From positions 20,362,553 through 20,426,552 of the forward strand of contig NC_057725.1 of the NCBI RefSeq assembly GCF_004010195.1: DNA of 64,000 nt, given 5' to 3'. Numbering within the stretch: the stretch's first letter is position 1; each line of letters begins with the position of its first letter. The notes beneath the pieces were generated by a model. It searched no databases and was not told where the DNA came from. It was given only the letters and a program-made list of their open reading frames with translations. The stretch comes from Chiloscyllium plagiosum. Its lineage: Eukaryota. The translations under genes and the position numbers were made by a program. Below are positions 24,550 through 36,627 of this stretch, one piece after another.

Positions 24550-25800
24550 TTGGCGAAGGTCAACCCCAGTCTACCCCTGACCTAATTACCTTGCTCTGAA
24601 AATGGACAAAAGAACTGACCTCCAGCGGTGAGGAATGACTGTCCTTGATGTGGAGGCAGCATCTCACTGAATATGTCATCAAGGAGTCCTAACAATACTG
24701 AAGGTCATGAGGCTGTGGAGAAAAACTCTCCTCCATTGGTTAGAGTCACACCTGGTACATGGGCAAATGGTTGTGGTTGTTGGAAATCAGTCATCCCAGT
24801 TCCAGGACATCTCTGCAGGAGTTCCTCAGGGTAGTGTCCTAGGCCCCACCGCCTTCAGCTGCTCCATCAATGGCCTTCCCTCCAACAATGTGGGGACTTT
24901 CCTTCCTGATCATACAATACTCTGCACCATTCCTAACTCCTCAGATATTGAAACAGTTGGTGCCCATTCAATAAAACTGGGTGACATTCAGACTCGGGCA
25001 GATATCTGGTAAGTAACATTCATGCCACACAAGTGCCAGGCAATGGCCAACCCAAAACAGAGCATCAAAACATCTCTCCCTGACATTCAACAGCATTTGA
25101 TCACTGAATCCTCCACTAACAGGACCTGCAGGTCACCATTGACCAGTGGGCGGCACGGTGGCACAGTGGTTAGCACTGCTGCCTCACAGCACCAGAGACC
25201 CGGGTTCAATTCCTGCCTCATGTGGAGTTTGCACGTTCTCCCCGTGTCTGCGTGGGTTTCCTCCGGGTGCTCTGGTTTCCTCCCATAGTCCAAAGATGTG
25301 CAGGTCAGGTGAATTGGCCATGCTAAATTGCACGTAGTGTTAGGTAAGGGGTAAATGTAGGGGTATGGGTGGGTTGCGCTTCGGCGGGTCAGTGTGGACT
25401 TGTTGGGCCAAAGGGCCTGTTTCCACACTGTAATGTAATCTAATCTAAACTGAACTGGACCAATCATACAAATACTGTGACTACAAGAGCAAACCAGAGG
25501 CTGGGCATGATACAGTAAGTAACTCACCTCCTGACTCTCCAAAGCCTGTCTAAAATCCTCAAGACATAAGTTAGGAGTATGCTGGAATATTTTCCACTTG
25601 CCTGAATGGGTGTGATTCCAACAACACCTGCAGAGCTCAACCTCATTCTGCTTGAGAGACACCCCATCCACCACAACATTCAGCAACGTGCCTCCTCTCC
25701 CCAACCATAATACACTGCAATGAATGTTGGCGATTTCTAGGCAATTAGTGATGGGTTACAAATGACAGTCTGGCAGCAACATCCACATCTTGTGAAAGAT
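24550..25800 (+). mobile_element. L2/CR1-group LINE remnant with a nested HE1 SINE (25148-25448)
   Basis: [14 protein letters not shown] motif; the SINE copy is full length. Confidence 0.8.
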
Positions 25801-27519
25801 TAACAAAAGGAAGAGCAGTAGACATAACACTGAGCCCAGGGAAATCCCTTTCATCCAGTCTGAAATAAATATCAGCCATTTCCTCTGTTTCCTGACACTC
25901 AGCCAATTCCGAAGACAAGTGTTGAATCTTGTGTTTTTTTGACTGTGTCATTTCCGTCAAGTTTCACACAGGGTTTCTCTCCCCACATCCTATAAAACTC
26001 TCTTCAATAACTACCCACCCCAAACCTTTGGCAGCCTTCATAATGGACTTAAGCATCATTCTGGGATTTACATATTAAATCTGGGATTTACCATATCCCA
26101 TTCTAAAAGATGAAAGACTTAATCTAAATTTGTTTAAGAACTATTACCTAGTGTTGTGTGATTTTAACTAAAGTTGTTTAATGTATCATTACATCACCAT
26201 GACACTGTAACCCTTTTTGCTATAAATTCTGTGTCACATGGTCATATTCCATAACCATCCAATGAAGAGCCAGCGCCTCAAAAGCTAGTACTTCCAAATA
26301 AGCCTGTTGGACAATAACCTGGTGTTGTGAGATTTTTAACTTTGTCCACTCCAGTCTGACACCGGCACCTCCAAATCGTTCTCCTACCCATCATTCCCAG
26401 AATAACTCACTACCCACCAGAATACCTGCTGAAAATCTGACGTTCCTGCGCCACCTTTAAAAGGCCAATGTGCACTTCGGCAAACACTGGTGTTTGGAAG
26501 TTTGACAGAGGACAGCTATCCCAAAAATGGCGGAGAAGGTAAAGGGAAGGAATGGCTGCAAGAAAGTGAATGACCTTCTCCACTCCACCAGGCTAAGTAC
26601 CACACTCTGCTCTCTCCACTCCCTCACACTCACTCTATCTTTGCCTTTGCACACACCTCTCCTCAAGTCTCTTCCGTACTCACTATTGCATGCAACATCT
26701 TCCCTTTCGTTGTCCCCACCAACCTCTCAGAACATTAATCCCCACATGGTATCTGTGCTACCTATTCACTCACGCGGGATCCCTCACCATTTTTCAATGA
26801 CCTGCACTAGACCTAAAAGCTGTGCCAGCCATGTTCACCTCACCCAATCTCTCCCATTACAGGGAAAACAGTCCATAACAGGGCAGGAAGAGTCAGGACA
26901 GATAGGGAAGTGCTCAACATTAGACCTTCACTCACTGTGGATGAGAAAATACAGTGCTCACAGGAGAAAACTGGCACAACCCATGTGGCTGGAGGGTCCC
27001 AAGGCGGAAGATGATTCCTGATGAAGAGCTTATGCCAGAAACGTCAATTCTCCTGCTCCTCAGATGCTGCCTGACCTGCTGTGCTTTTCCAGCACCACAC
27101 TCTTCGACTTCAGTGGGAGGGTCAGGTTCAGAACATTGGGTAGCACAAGCTGGTGAACACCTCTCTGTAACAACGCTGAAGCTGCCCAAGGAATAAACAG
27201 CCCAGGACACTGGCACTCAGAGCATGCCCAGTTCCTACAGCTGGGGAATGGACCATGCAAAGGCTCCTGAAAGTCTTTTTTCAGGGCACTCCAGAGATGG
27301 CCAGGCCCTACTCCTGCATTCTACCTTCCCTGCTCAGCACCTTGGAAATACAAGCCAAGGACAGTTCACCTGCCTCCTGAAAGGCATTGGTAGACAATCT
27401 AGACACAAAGGTACCCAGGGTCACCTGAGCAAAACTCCATTGCCAAGCAATCTCCCTCCACCCCAACTACAGAGTATGGACTGCACTGACATGGAGTGAG
27501 AGGGAAAGACAGAAGATAA

Positions 27520-29720
27520 CATTTAGAACAGTGCAGCACAGTACAGGCCCTTCTGCCCACGATGTTGTACTGAGCCTTTATTTTAATTAAGATCAACCTA
27601 ACCTACACATCTCTCAATTTATTGCCATCCATGTGCTTGTCCAGCAGTCACTTAAGTGTCCCTAATGTCTCTGACTCTACTACCACCACTAGCAATGCAT
27701 TCCATGCAGCCACCACTCTCTGTGTAAAGAACCGACCTCTGACATCTCGCCTGTACCTCTCTCCAATCACCTTAAAATTATGACCCCTTGTAACAGCCAT
27801 TTCTGACCTGGGGAAAAGTCTCTGGCTATCTACTCTATCTATCACTCTCATTACTTTGTACACCTCTATCAAGCTACCTCTCTTCCTTCTTCTCTCCAGT
27901 GTGTGAAAAGCCCAAGGTCAGTCAATCTCTATAAGACAAGCCTTCCAATCAAAGCAGCATGCTGGTCAATCCCCTCTGCAGTCTCTCTCAAACATCTATA
28001 TCCTTCCTATAATGAGACGACCAGAACTGGACACAATATTCCAAGGTCTAACCAGGGTTTTATCGAGCTGCAGCAAAACCTCTTGGCTCTTAAACTCAAA
28101 TCCCCGTTAATGAAAGCCTGTTTCTCCACACTGCCAAGAATCCTGTTTTTAACCCTGCATTCAGCATTCAAATTTGACCTTCCAAAATGAAGCACTTCGC
28201 ATTTATCCAGGATGAACATCTGCCACTTCTCAGCCCAGCTCTGCATCCTTTCAATGTCTTGTTGTAGCCTGCAACAGCCCTCGACACTATCTACAACACC
28301 AGTGACCTTACTAACCCATCATTGACAAACTTACTAACCCATCCTTCTACCTCTTTATCCAAGTCATTTATAAAAACTACAAAGAGCAGAGGCCCAAGAA
28401 CAGATCCCTGTGGGACACAACCAAACACTGACCTCCAGTGACTGAAAGGTGATTACTTTCCATCCACTACCACTAGATGTCCGCTTTTGGCCGGCCAATT
28501 CTGTATCCAGACAGCCAAATTTCCCTGTATCCCAGAACTTCCTAACTTTCTGAATGACCCTACCATGGGGAATCTTATCAAAGCCTTACTGAAATCCATA
28601 TACACCACATCCATTGTTCGATCTTTGTCAACTTGTCTTGTCACATCCTCAAAGAACTCAATAAGGCTTGTGAGGCACGGCCTGCCCTTCACAAAGCCAT
28701 GCTGACTATCTTTAATCAAACTATGTTTTTACAAAATGTCATAAATCCTATCTCTCAGAATCTTTTCCAATACCTTGCTTACCACAGACGTAAGACTGAC
28801 TGGTCTGTAATTTCCAGGGATTTCCTTATTCCCGTTCTTGAACAGAGGAACAACATTTGCCTCTCTCTAATCATCCAATACTACTCTCGTGGAGAGTGAA
28901 GATGCAAAGACCATCACCAGAGCCGCAGCAATCTCAATCCTCACTTCCCATAGTTACCTTGGGATATATCTGGTCCAGACCTGGGTCTTATCTGTCTTGA
29001 TGTTGCCCAGAATTTTCAGGATATCCACTTTCTTAATATCAATCTATTCAAGCCTTTTAACCTGGTCCATGGTGTTCTCACAATCAACAAGGTCCCTCTC
29101 TCTAGTGAATGCTGAAAAAAAACTAATTTAGGGCCTCCTCCACCTCTTCACTCTCCAGGCACAAGTTCCCTCCACTATCCCTGACGAGCCCTACCCTCTC
29201 TCTGATCATCCTCTTATTCCTCACGTGAATGTAGAATGCCTTTGCGTTTTTGTAAACCTTCCCACCAAGGCTTTTTTGTGTCCCCCCCCCCACTCCCAAG
29301 TTCTCCTCAGTCCATTTTTTATTTCTTTCCTAGCTACCCTGTAATTATCTAAAGCTGTGCCAGATCCTTGCTTCCTCAACCATAAGTAAGCTATCCTTCT
29401 TCCTCTTGATGAGAAGCTCCTGTTCTCTTGTCATCCAAGGCTCCATCACCTTACCATTTGTTGCCTGTCTCAGTGGGACAACGTTATCCAACAGTTGGGA
29501 GTGTGGTGCTGGAAAAGCACGGTATGTCAGGCAGCATCCGAGGACCGGGAGAATCGATGTTTCGAGCATAAGCCCTTCATCAGCCCTTCATTATTCCTAC
29601 TCTTCGGATACTGCCTGACCTGCTGTGCTTTTCCAGCACCACACTCTCGACTCTGATCTCCAGTATCTGCAGTCCTCACTTTCTCCTAGTTATCCAACAC
29701 TCGCAACAAGTGCTCCTTAA
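27520..29720 (-). mobile_element. CR1 LINE with a nested family A palindrome (29494-29688)
   Basis: SQHGFVKGRPCLTSLIEFFE and FFTQRVVAAWNAL. TSD GTTATCCAACA at 29483-29493 and 29689-29699. Confidence 0.85.
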
Positions 29721-29739
29721 ATTTGAAGGCACTTTGGTG

Positions 29740-31480
29740 GCCTAGCTGACATTGCACTGTATACCAATACTCACATTTCCATTTGGGAATATATCTGTTT
29801 GATTGAGGCTCTGTCTAGCACTGATTGGAACTGTGCCACCATCATGTGAGACATTATGTCCATCTCGTACACTGTATGGATCAATGTCAATGCTGCAGCA
29901 TCTGGAAGCAAGGTATAGGGCAATGGATTCTGCTGACATTATTGCCTTTCTTGGTCCTTATGCCTATCTTTCCCTGTCCTCTGTGTTAAAAAGTGTTGGT
30001 GCTGAAAATGAAGTGGTCAGTATTGTCTGGAGCATGTCTGTCTGACAGCAGATAGGGAGCCAATGTATTAGGATTGTCAGGATCTGGGGACAACACAGGT
30101 CTGGTTCTGTACAATGTGTGTGCCTGTGCCTAATGTTCTACCTCTCTACAGAGCCTCAGATCAGTTGGTCTTGCAACCCCCTCCCTGACAGCAGAGACAT
30201 TTACTCCTCACACTCGGAGTGTTGGTCCTGACCGTTTTCGTTCTCACTGTGTAGTTGTAATTCCTCTATGTGTTAGTGAGGATGGTGGATGAAACCTCTC
30301 CCACACAACCAGGCTCTCATCCATGCCGTACTGAATTCCTCCCCTTTATTCCACAGCCTGAAACCACTGATCCCCACAAATAGGTTCCTGAGCCTCCTGC
30401 CACAGCAGTGAACAGCAGCACCTTCCCCCCACCCCCGTTAGCTTCTCTGGACGGATCAATGGATGGACTATGGCCTACCTACGTGAATGATCCAGGCAGA
30501 GAGTGATGGATGAGAAGTGCCCAGAATCTCAACAGATGCCTGTACATCTCCCCAGCTGTGTTAGTCCTACCCTTTCCCCAGACCATCTACACAGGAATCA
30601 CAGGACTGTCTGTGGCCCACTTGCTAGACTACGGCTAATCCCCTGAACTGGTATCGGATTATGCACCACTCCGAGCCAATGGCTGTGACACCTTCCTTTA
30701 GTTATGCCGTGTAGGTGCCAGCGGGATGGCCGTGCAGTGAAGAAGGCTGCTTTGCCGGAGGGGCACCTCCTCCACCTCTGAGGCAGAGAGCTGCAAGGCC
30801 TCAGAGGAGGCCTTGATAAGGCTTCCTCCTGCAAACCCCTCCACCCTCACCAGCCTCAGATACTCACACCCCCAGTGAGAACGTTAGCTCTCAAATTACC
30901 TTTGGGTCTTACTTGGTCAGGACTCCTGATTAACAATGGCCCAATAGGCTTTAGTGAGGGTTACACCCTGAAGACTTTGAGACAAGGCCACTTACTTGCT
31001 GCACATGCTTTGTGTTTATTGTGTAAGCTGCTGGCACATAGTTCAATGTATACCACCTTACACCATACAGCAAGATGCCCCCCCACATCCCACTCCCCCA
31101 ACCCCAGCCCTTGACTGAGGAGTGCTGACTTGCAAGGCAAGCTGCCTGATTGTGAGACTGAACTGATAGGCAAGGCAGGGCTGTTGTGACCATCCAGGCA
31201 GACTCTCAGTGAGTGAGCAGTAAGAGAGCATGTGAGAAGCCCTGAGATACAGCCTGATCCAATCTGTAAACTGGGTGTGTGTTGCTGTATACACAGCATT
31301 GCAATGAGAGTACAGCCTGAGGTACTGCATTGAACTGCAGAAGAATTTCGCAGGTGGATTGGACAGATGTCATGTGAATCCTGAGGTGTTGCAAAAGTCG
31401 ATTGCCAATGTCTGTGGATGAAGGGTGCTATTGTTCTGCCTCATGTTGCTATTGTTTCTTCTATTCCATGAGCTCTAACT
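29740..31480 (-). mobile_element. Possible PIF/Harbinger DNA transposon remnant
   Basis: Degenerate GC-richer block that resembles shark Harbinger repeats. A related Myb/SANT-like fragment (CKKVNDLLHSTR) lies at about 26555-26595 on +. No TIRs identified. Confidence 0.3.
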
Positions 31481-32127
31481 CTGTGCAGAAGCCTGTTATG
31501 CAGCATATTATCCATTGCTTTTGGAAGTCCATGATATGTCCTGAACAGATTGATGCTGGCTTTCCAAGAATATCCCTCATTTGTCAAAGGGAAAATTAAT
31601 CTTGTCCTGAATGATCATTTTTAAAAGTTTCCCCACCGATGGCATTAAATTGACATGTCTGCAGTTTCTGGGCTTCCCCTTTTTGAACAATTTTACAACA
31701 TTTGCAACTCTCAAGTCTGCTGCTAAACCCCAAGTCTTGGGAAGACTTGAAACTTATGGGCAGTACCTGTGCATTTTCCACTCATATTTCCCATACTATG
31801 TTGTTGAGTGCCTCTCATCTGGTCCTGAAGTCTTATCAAATTAACTATGTTGAAAATCACACAACACCAGGTTATTGTCCAACAGGTTTATTCAGAAGCA
31901 CTAGCTTTCAGAGCGCTGCTCCTTCATCAGGAGATTGTGGAGAATAACATCATACGACACAGAATTTATATCAAAAGATTACAGTGTGATGCCACGGAAA
32001 TGATATATTGATAAATCCTGGATCGTTAACTATAACAAGTTAACTATAGGTGGCTTATCAAGGTGTCTGGGCTACCTTCTTTTTCACCATGACTTACAAA
32101 ATTCTCTAAGCCCTTATCTAAAAGTCA

Positions 32128-32653
32128 AAAATCACACAACACCAGGTTATAGTCCAACAGGTTTAATTGGAAGCACACTAGCTTTCGGAGCGACGCTCCT
32201 TCATCAGGTGATTGTGGAAGGCTCGATCGTAACACAGAATTTATAGCAAAAATTTGCAGTGTGATGTAACTGAAATTATACATTGAAGAATTGATTGTCT
32301 GTTAAGCCTTTCCTCTGTTAAAATACAGTGATAGTTTCACTTCTTTCATGTGTAAATCACAAAACCCTTTTTTTTAAAAGTTGCATTCTTGGGTTAGCTG
32401 TTCACAATGGTGATAGCTAGACAATATGTTGAAGGTGTTAGCCCCCTGTGNNNNNNNNNNNNNNNNNNNNNNNNNNNNNNNNNNNNNNNNNNNNNNNNNN
32501 NNNNNNNNNNNNNNNNNNNNNNNNNNNNNNNNNNNNNNNNNNNNNNNNNNCCGAAAGCTAGTGTGCTTCCAATTAAACCTGTTGGACTATAACCTGGTGT
32601 TGTGTGATTTTTAACTTTGTACACCCCAGTCCAACACCGGCATCTCCGAATCA
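32128..32653. mobile_element. Penelope family B inverted element with 13-bp TSD; contains gap 32451-32550
   Basis: Inverted arms AAAAATCACACAACACCAGGTTATAGTCCAACAGG. TSD TATCTAAAAGTCA at 32115-32127 and 32654-32666. Confidence 0.85.
32176..32210 (-). ncRNA. Minimal type I hammerhead ribozyme (Penelope family B)
   Basis: Minus strand reads CAC-CTGATGA-A-GGAGC(GTC)GCTCC-GAAA-GC-TA-GTG: helix I CAC/GTG, 5-bp helix II, palindromic AGCT helix III, CUA cleavage triplet. Confidence 0.85.
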
Positions 32654-33877
32654 TATCTAAAAGTCAGAATGGTTATGGAATGATAGTGGCATGAACAAGA
32701 GTAAAAAGGATTCTCAGAAAACAATAGCATCAACAGTGCATCTGCACAGACAATGAGTTAAACAAATGAGAAATTAACAGAAGAATCACTGTGAAAATAC
32801 GTGGATAAAATTTCATGAATTTATGATAAGCCCCTGAGGGAAAACAGGAAAAGGTGGAAGAAGCCCACTGAAGCACTATACACTCACAATGAAACACATG
32901 GAATGGTTAAGCTGGAGGAGAGGAATGCTGGCACCCATTTAGTTGCACCAGAAATACGAGGGAGTCAGATAAGAACAGTAATAAATGAGATGTTTAAATT
33001 GGCAAAAAAGAGTATGCTGGTGTGAGGACCCCAGTTATAAACTCAGCAGCAAATGAGTGGGTCATGTTAATTTACCTTGTGCTTAAGTCAGTACTACTAC
33101 CAGCACTATGTAATGTCAGTCTGGAGTATCTCAGGCTGTGGGTGGCTGTACATACACTATCATTGAGGCTGCTTGGTCATTATCCCTGAGATTTGTCAAC
33201 TCTTTATGAACCGTAAAACTTTGTTTATTTCCATCTATATATAGTACAAACTACAGCTCTCTAGTGTAATGTCTAAGACCTCTCTCCTCACATGCTCATT
33301 CTAGACTGGTAACTTCTCTCTTAACGATATCAGGATCAGGTGCTCAGTTACAGCATGATTTAAATTAATCTTTTTACACCACACACGTGCCACACATGTG
33401 CTGTACCTGCACCAACTAATTACACCAGGCCCAGTTACACCAAATATTGAAGATTATAATTCATCATAGATCAACAAAGAAACTTTGGAGCATTCAAGAT
33501 CCTTCAGCCCCCTCCCTCACCATTACCTCCTTTCCCAAACACAGAGTGCTGTCACCTCAGTGTATAGGATCCAGCTGGTTTCCATCCCTTGCAGATCCAG
33601 TGATCTGCAGTGGGGTACCTGAGAGGTGGCTTCTCACCAATATATTTAAATGAGGCCCAAACCTGAATTTCATCCGGGCATCCATTTGAACCAATGTGCC
33701 CACAGACTTCACCCCAGTTTTAAGTTGACGTCAACTTTCTCAATCAGAGAAATCAAATGTTGACCATCTCCTGACAATTTAGTCAACGAGTAAATTAGAA
33801 CAAACGTAATTGAACATTACCAGAAAACATTGTAGATTACAAATTGTACACAACAAAACTCTTCAAAGCTGTAAATC

Positions 33878-33883
33878 TTTATT
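33878..33883 (-). terminator. Candidate RAG1 polyadenylation signal
   Basis: First minus-strand AATAAA found after the stop, at the end of about 2.75 kb of repeat-free AT-rich sequence. ATTAAA variants occur earlier. Confidence 0.5.
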
Positions 33884-36627
33884 TTTTGAAAAAGCTGAGC
33901 AACAGTTGACATTTGCAATGAGTGTCATCATTGTAATATATCCTAATAAATTTGGCAGCTTAACATTTAGCACAAATTTTTTAATGTCAAAACTTGCTAC
34001 ATATAAGGAAAATTATTCCAGAAATAAAACAGATTGCAGTAAATTTCAATATTAGAACCCAATAGCATCCAAACCCTGTGAAACATTATAAGCACTACAA
34101 TACAGAATTGGAAAATAAACAATTCTGCAAATATGACTTGAGTTCCATGATTAATAAAAAAAGACAACAACCCATGCATTGAAATAAATTTAATGAATAA
34201 ATCTATTATAAAATGTATACCTTTCCAGTATCTATTAAAATAATTCAGGCATTTGACTCAATCCTGCAGTAATATGTGTAGCTGAGTTAACCAATTAAAA
34301 TTTGCCTTGTTATAAATTTGGTGCATTGTTAATCATACTTTCCTTTGCCAGTCAACAGGCATAGCAACTTTTAACCTGCATCGCCTTATTTTGAAACTGT
34401 CCATGTTGCATCTTAAAGTTGAAAAATAAAGAACAGTCTGCCAAAGATTTAAAGACTGCTTAGTCCTTGAACCAAGTGCTATATGTTGCCAAGCCGATTT
34501 GAATCCCTGCAGAAAACTATTAGTAAAAAGTTAACTCAGCTCTCAATAACTAGAGACTTGTAACTATAGCAAAAGATATCATTTGTCATTTGTTAAAACC
34601 ACAATTTGGTTCCAAGATGGCCACGAACTAATATCTCAATTGAATAGATTTAATAGACATACGATAAAATGATGAAAGTAAATGCATTGTACATCCAATA
34701 TCTTTTCTATCAATCAACAATACCAGCAGATCTCCCGTAAGGTTGCTCACACATTAAAACATGACATCTCAATTATGACAATGGAGTGTCAAACTGTGAT
34801 TACAATGACATGTGATGCTTATCAGAAGTGAATGATGAACGCAATAAAATTAATGTATTATAAACACAGCTCATGTTGGCTCATTTTGGGGTTCAAACTC
34901 AGGTCCTTAAAGCAAGGAAAAGAAATTAGCCGTCAGGCCTTATTGGAATAATGACAATAAATGCTCAATATTAGTCATATCCATATGCAACTGACATGAT
35001 GAGAGGGATCAATTTCTTGACACCTGTATTGGCAGTGACCCTCAAAATCCCAGGAAAACAATTGGATCAAGTTACAGGGAGGTGGATGGTCTCCTATGGA
35101 GTTGGAATGCGTTCTGCTGAATCCACTTGATGTATTTTTAAAAACAAACTTTTAACTGCATATCTTCAGTTGTCTGATAAACTGGCTATGAAAAAGTTTT
35201 GAACTAGGCAGAGATTAACCAATAATTTTGCAATCAGATCCTTTATCGGACTTTAGGTCCGTATCTTACACATTCAAGTAGAAATCCTAAAAGAACGTCC
35301 TGTGCCATACAAAGTTAGCAGTGGGACTGATCTCTGAATAAATGTGTACTTTACATCTGATTTACACTCTAATAACTATGCAATGCAGCAATTTCTCATC
35401 GGTTTTATATGTAGTTCACACTCCCTCAAAGTGTAACGCTTGCTTCAAGTGGAACTTGCCAAATTTGTTGTGAATGCTTCCATTATTGCAGAGTAGAAAG
35501 TCTAACTCACGGTGGATCTGCTAGTGTTTGACATCAAGAAAGTTCTAAAAGGTGTGTTAGTTATCTGTTAGGTGTCATAAAATTCACCGACATAAATTCT
35601 TTTTGGCAATTGTAAAATCTTTGAGGAGAAAATTTATATAAAGAGAAAACAAATTCACAATTCCCAACGTACAGAGAAATTCTGCTGTGAAATAGAAATA
35701 TCCTTTACCTAAAACACAAATGAAGCTGTTCTAATGAATAGTTGATCTGTTTAAAAGACAATTAACTACAAATTGACTAAGGATAGTCCAGAAATTACAC
35801 CTCATCAGTTTAGCAGATATTCATAGTCATCCTATTCCAATGATCATGGTGAGGTAACAGTACATGCCTTACAATGTACAGGATCATCCTGCAGCGCTAA
35901 TAAATGAGCCAATTTCAGGCCCAGTGTAATTAGTACCTATTCAGTAAACCAGATCAAATGAATTGATGGCACAGGAGTGCAGTAACTTATTCAAAACCTC
36001 TACTAAGGAAAAACAAATGCTGTGAAGTAAAGCCGTAATCATCCTACCGGCTAATCTAATTATCAAAACAACTATAGACACAACTAAATTATTTCCACAA
36101 CAAATCAGTAAATAGCTGAATAGGAATATAGAAAAACACAGAAATGATTGAACAGAACCAATGGGAACTGAACATCATCATTTCCTCTCCAATAATAAGC
36201 CTGCCATTTATAATTTTGAGAACTGAACTCTATATTCAGAAAAGATTACCCGCTCTTTCACCTGAAAAAAAATGGCATGTTGTCTAACATCTTGCCCATC
36301 TTTCCTTTCCATCTAAGCACCAAATGTAAGTAACCTTGTTGCTTGCTGTGAATATCTCATAGGTTCCAAATATCATAGAAACATTCACCCACTTGTGAAC
36401 ATTACTTATTATGGCTTCGGTTGTCATATAGATTTATCAGCGAGCCTGTTTAACACTGCTTCCACCATAATCTTTCCAATAGTACCGCCAGAGCTTTTTT
36501 CCACCAATGCCAATAATGCATTCAAAGCTTGGCCATGGTAAGCCCAACTGTCCACCTTGTACAGACTGTTCACAGTCTCCTGTGGGTTAAAGATACAGAG
36601 AATCAACTTCTGCACCAATAAATCAGC

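Noticed and set aside
26527-27499. 164-aa and neighbouring ORFs as a novel intergenic gene
   Set aside because: A mosaic of transposon remnants (Myb-like fragment, Penelope terminus) with no coherent exon structure.
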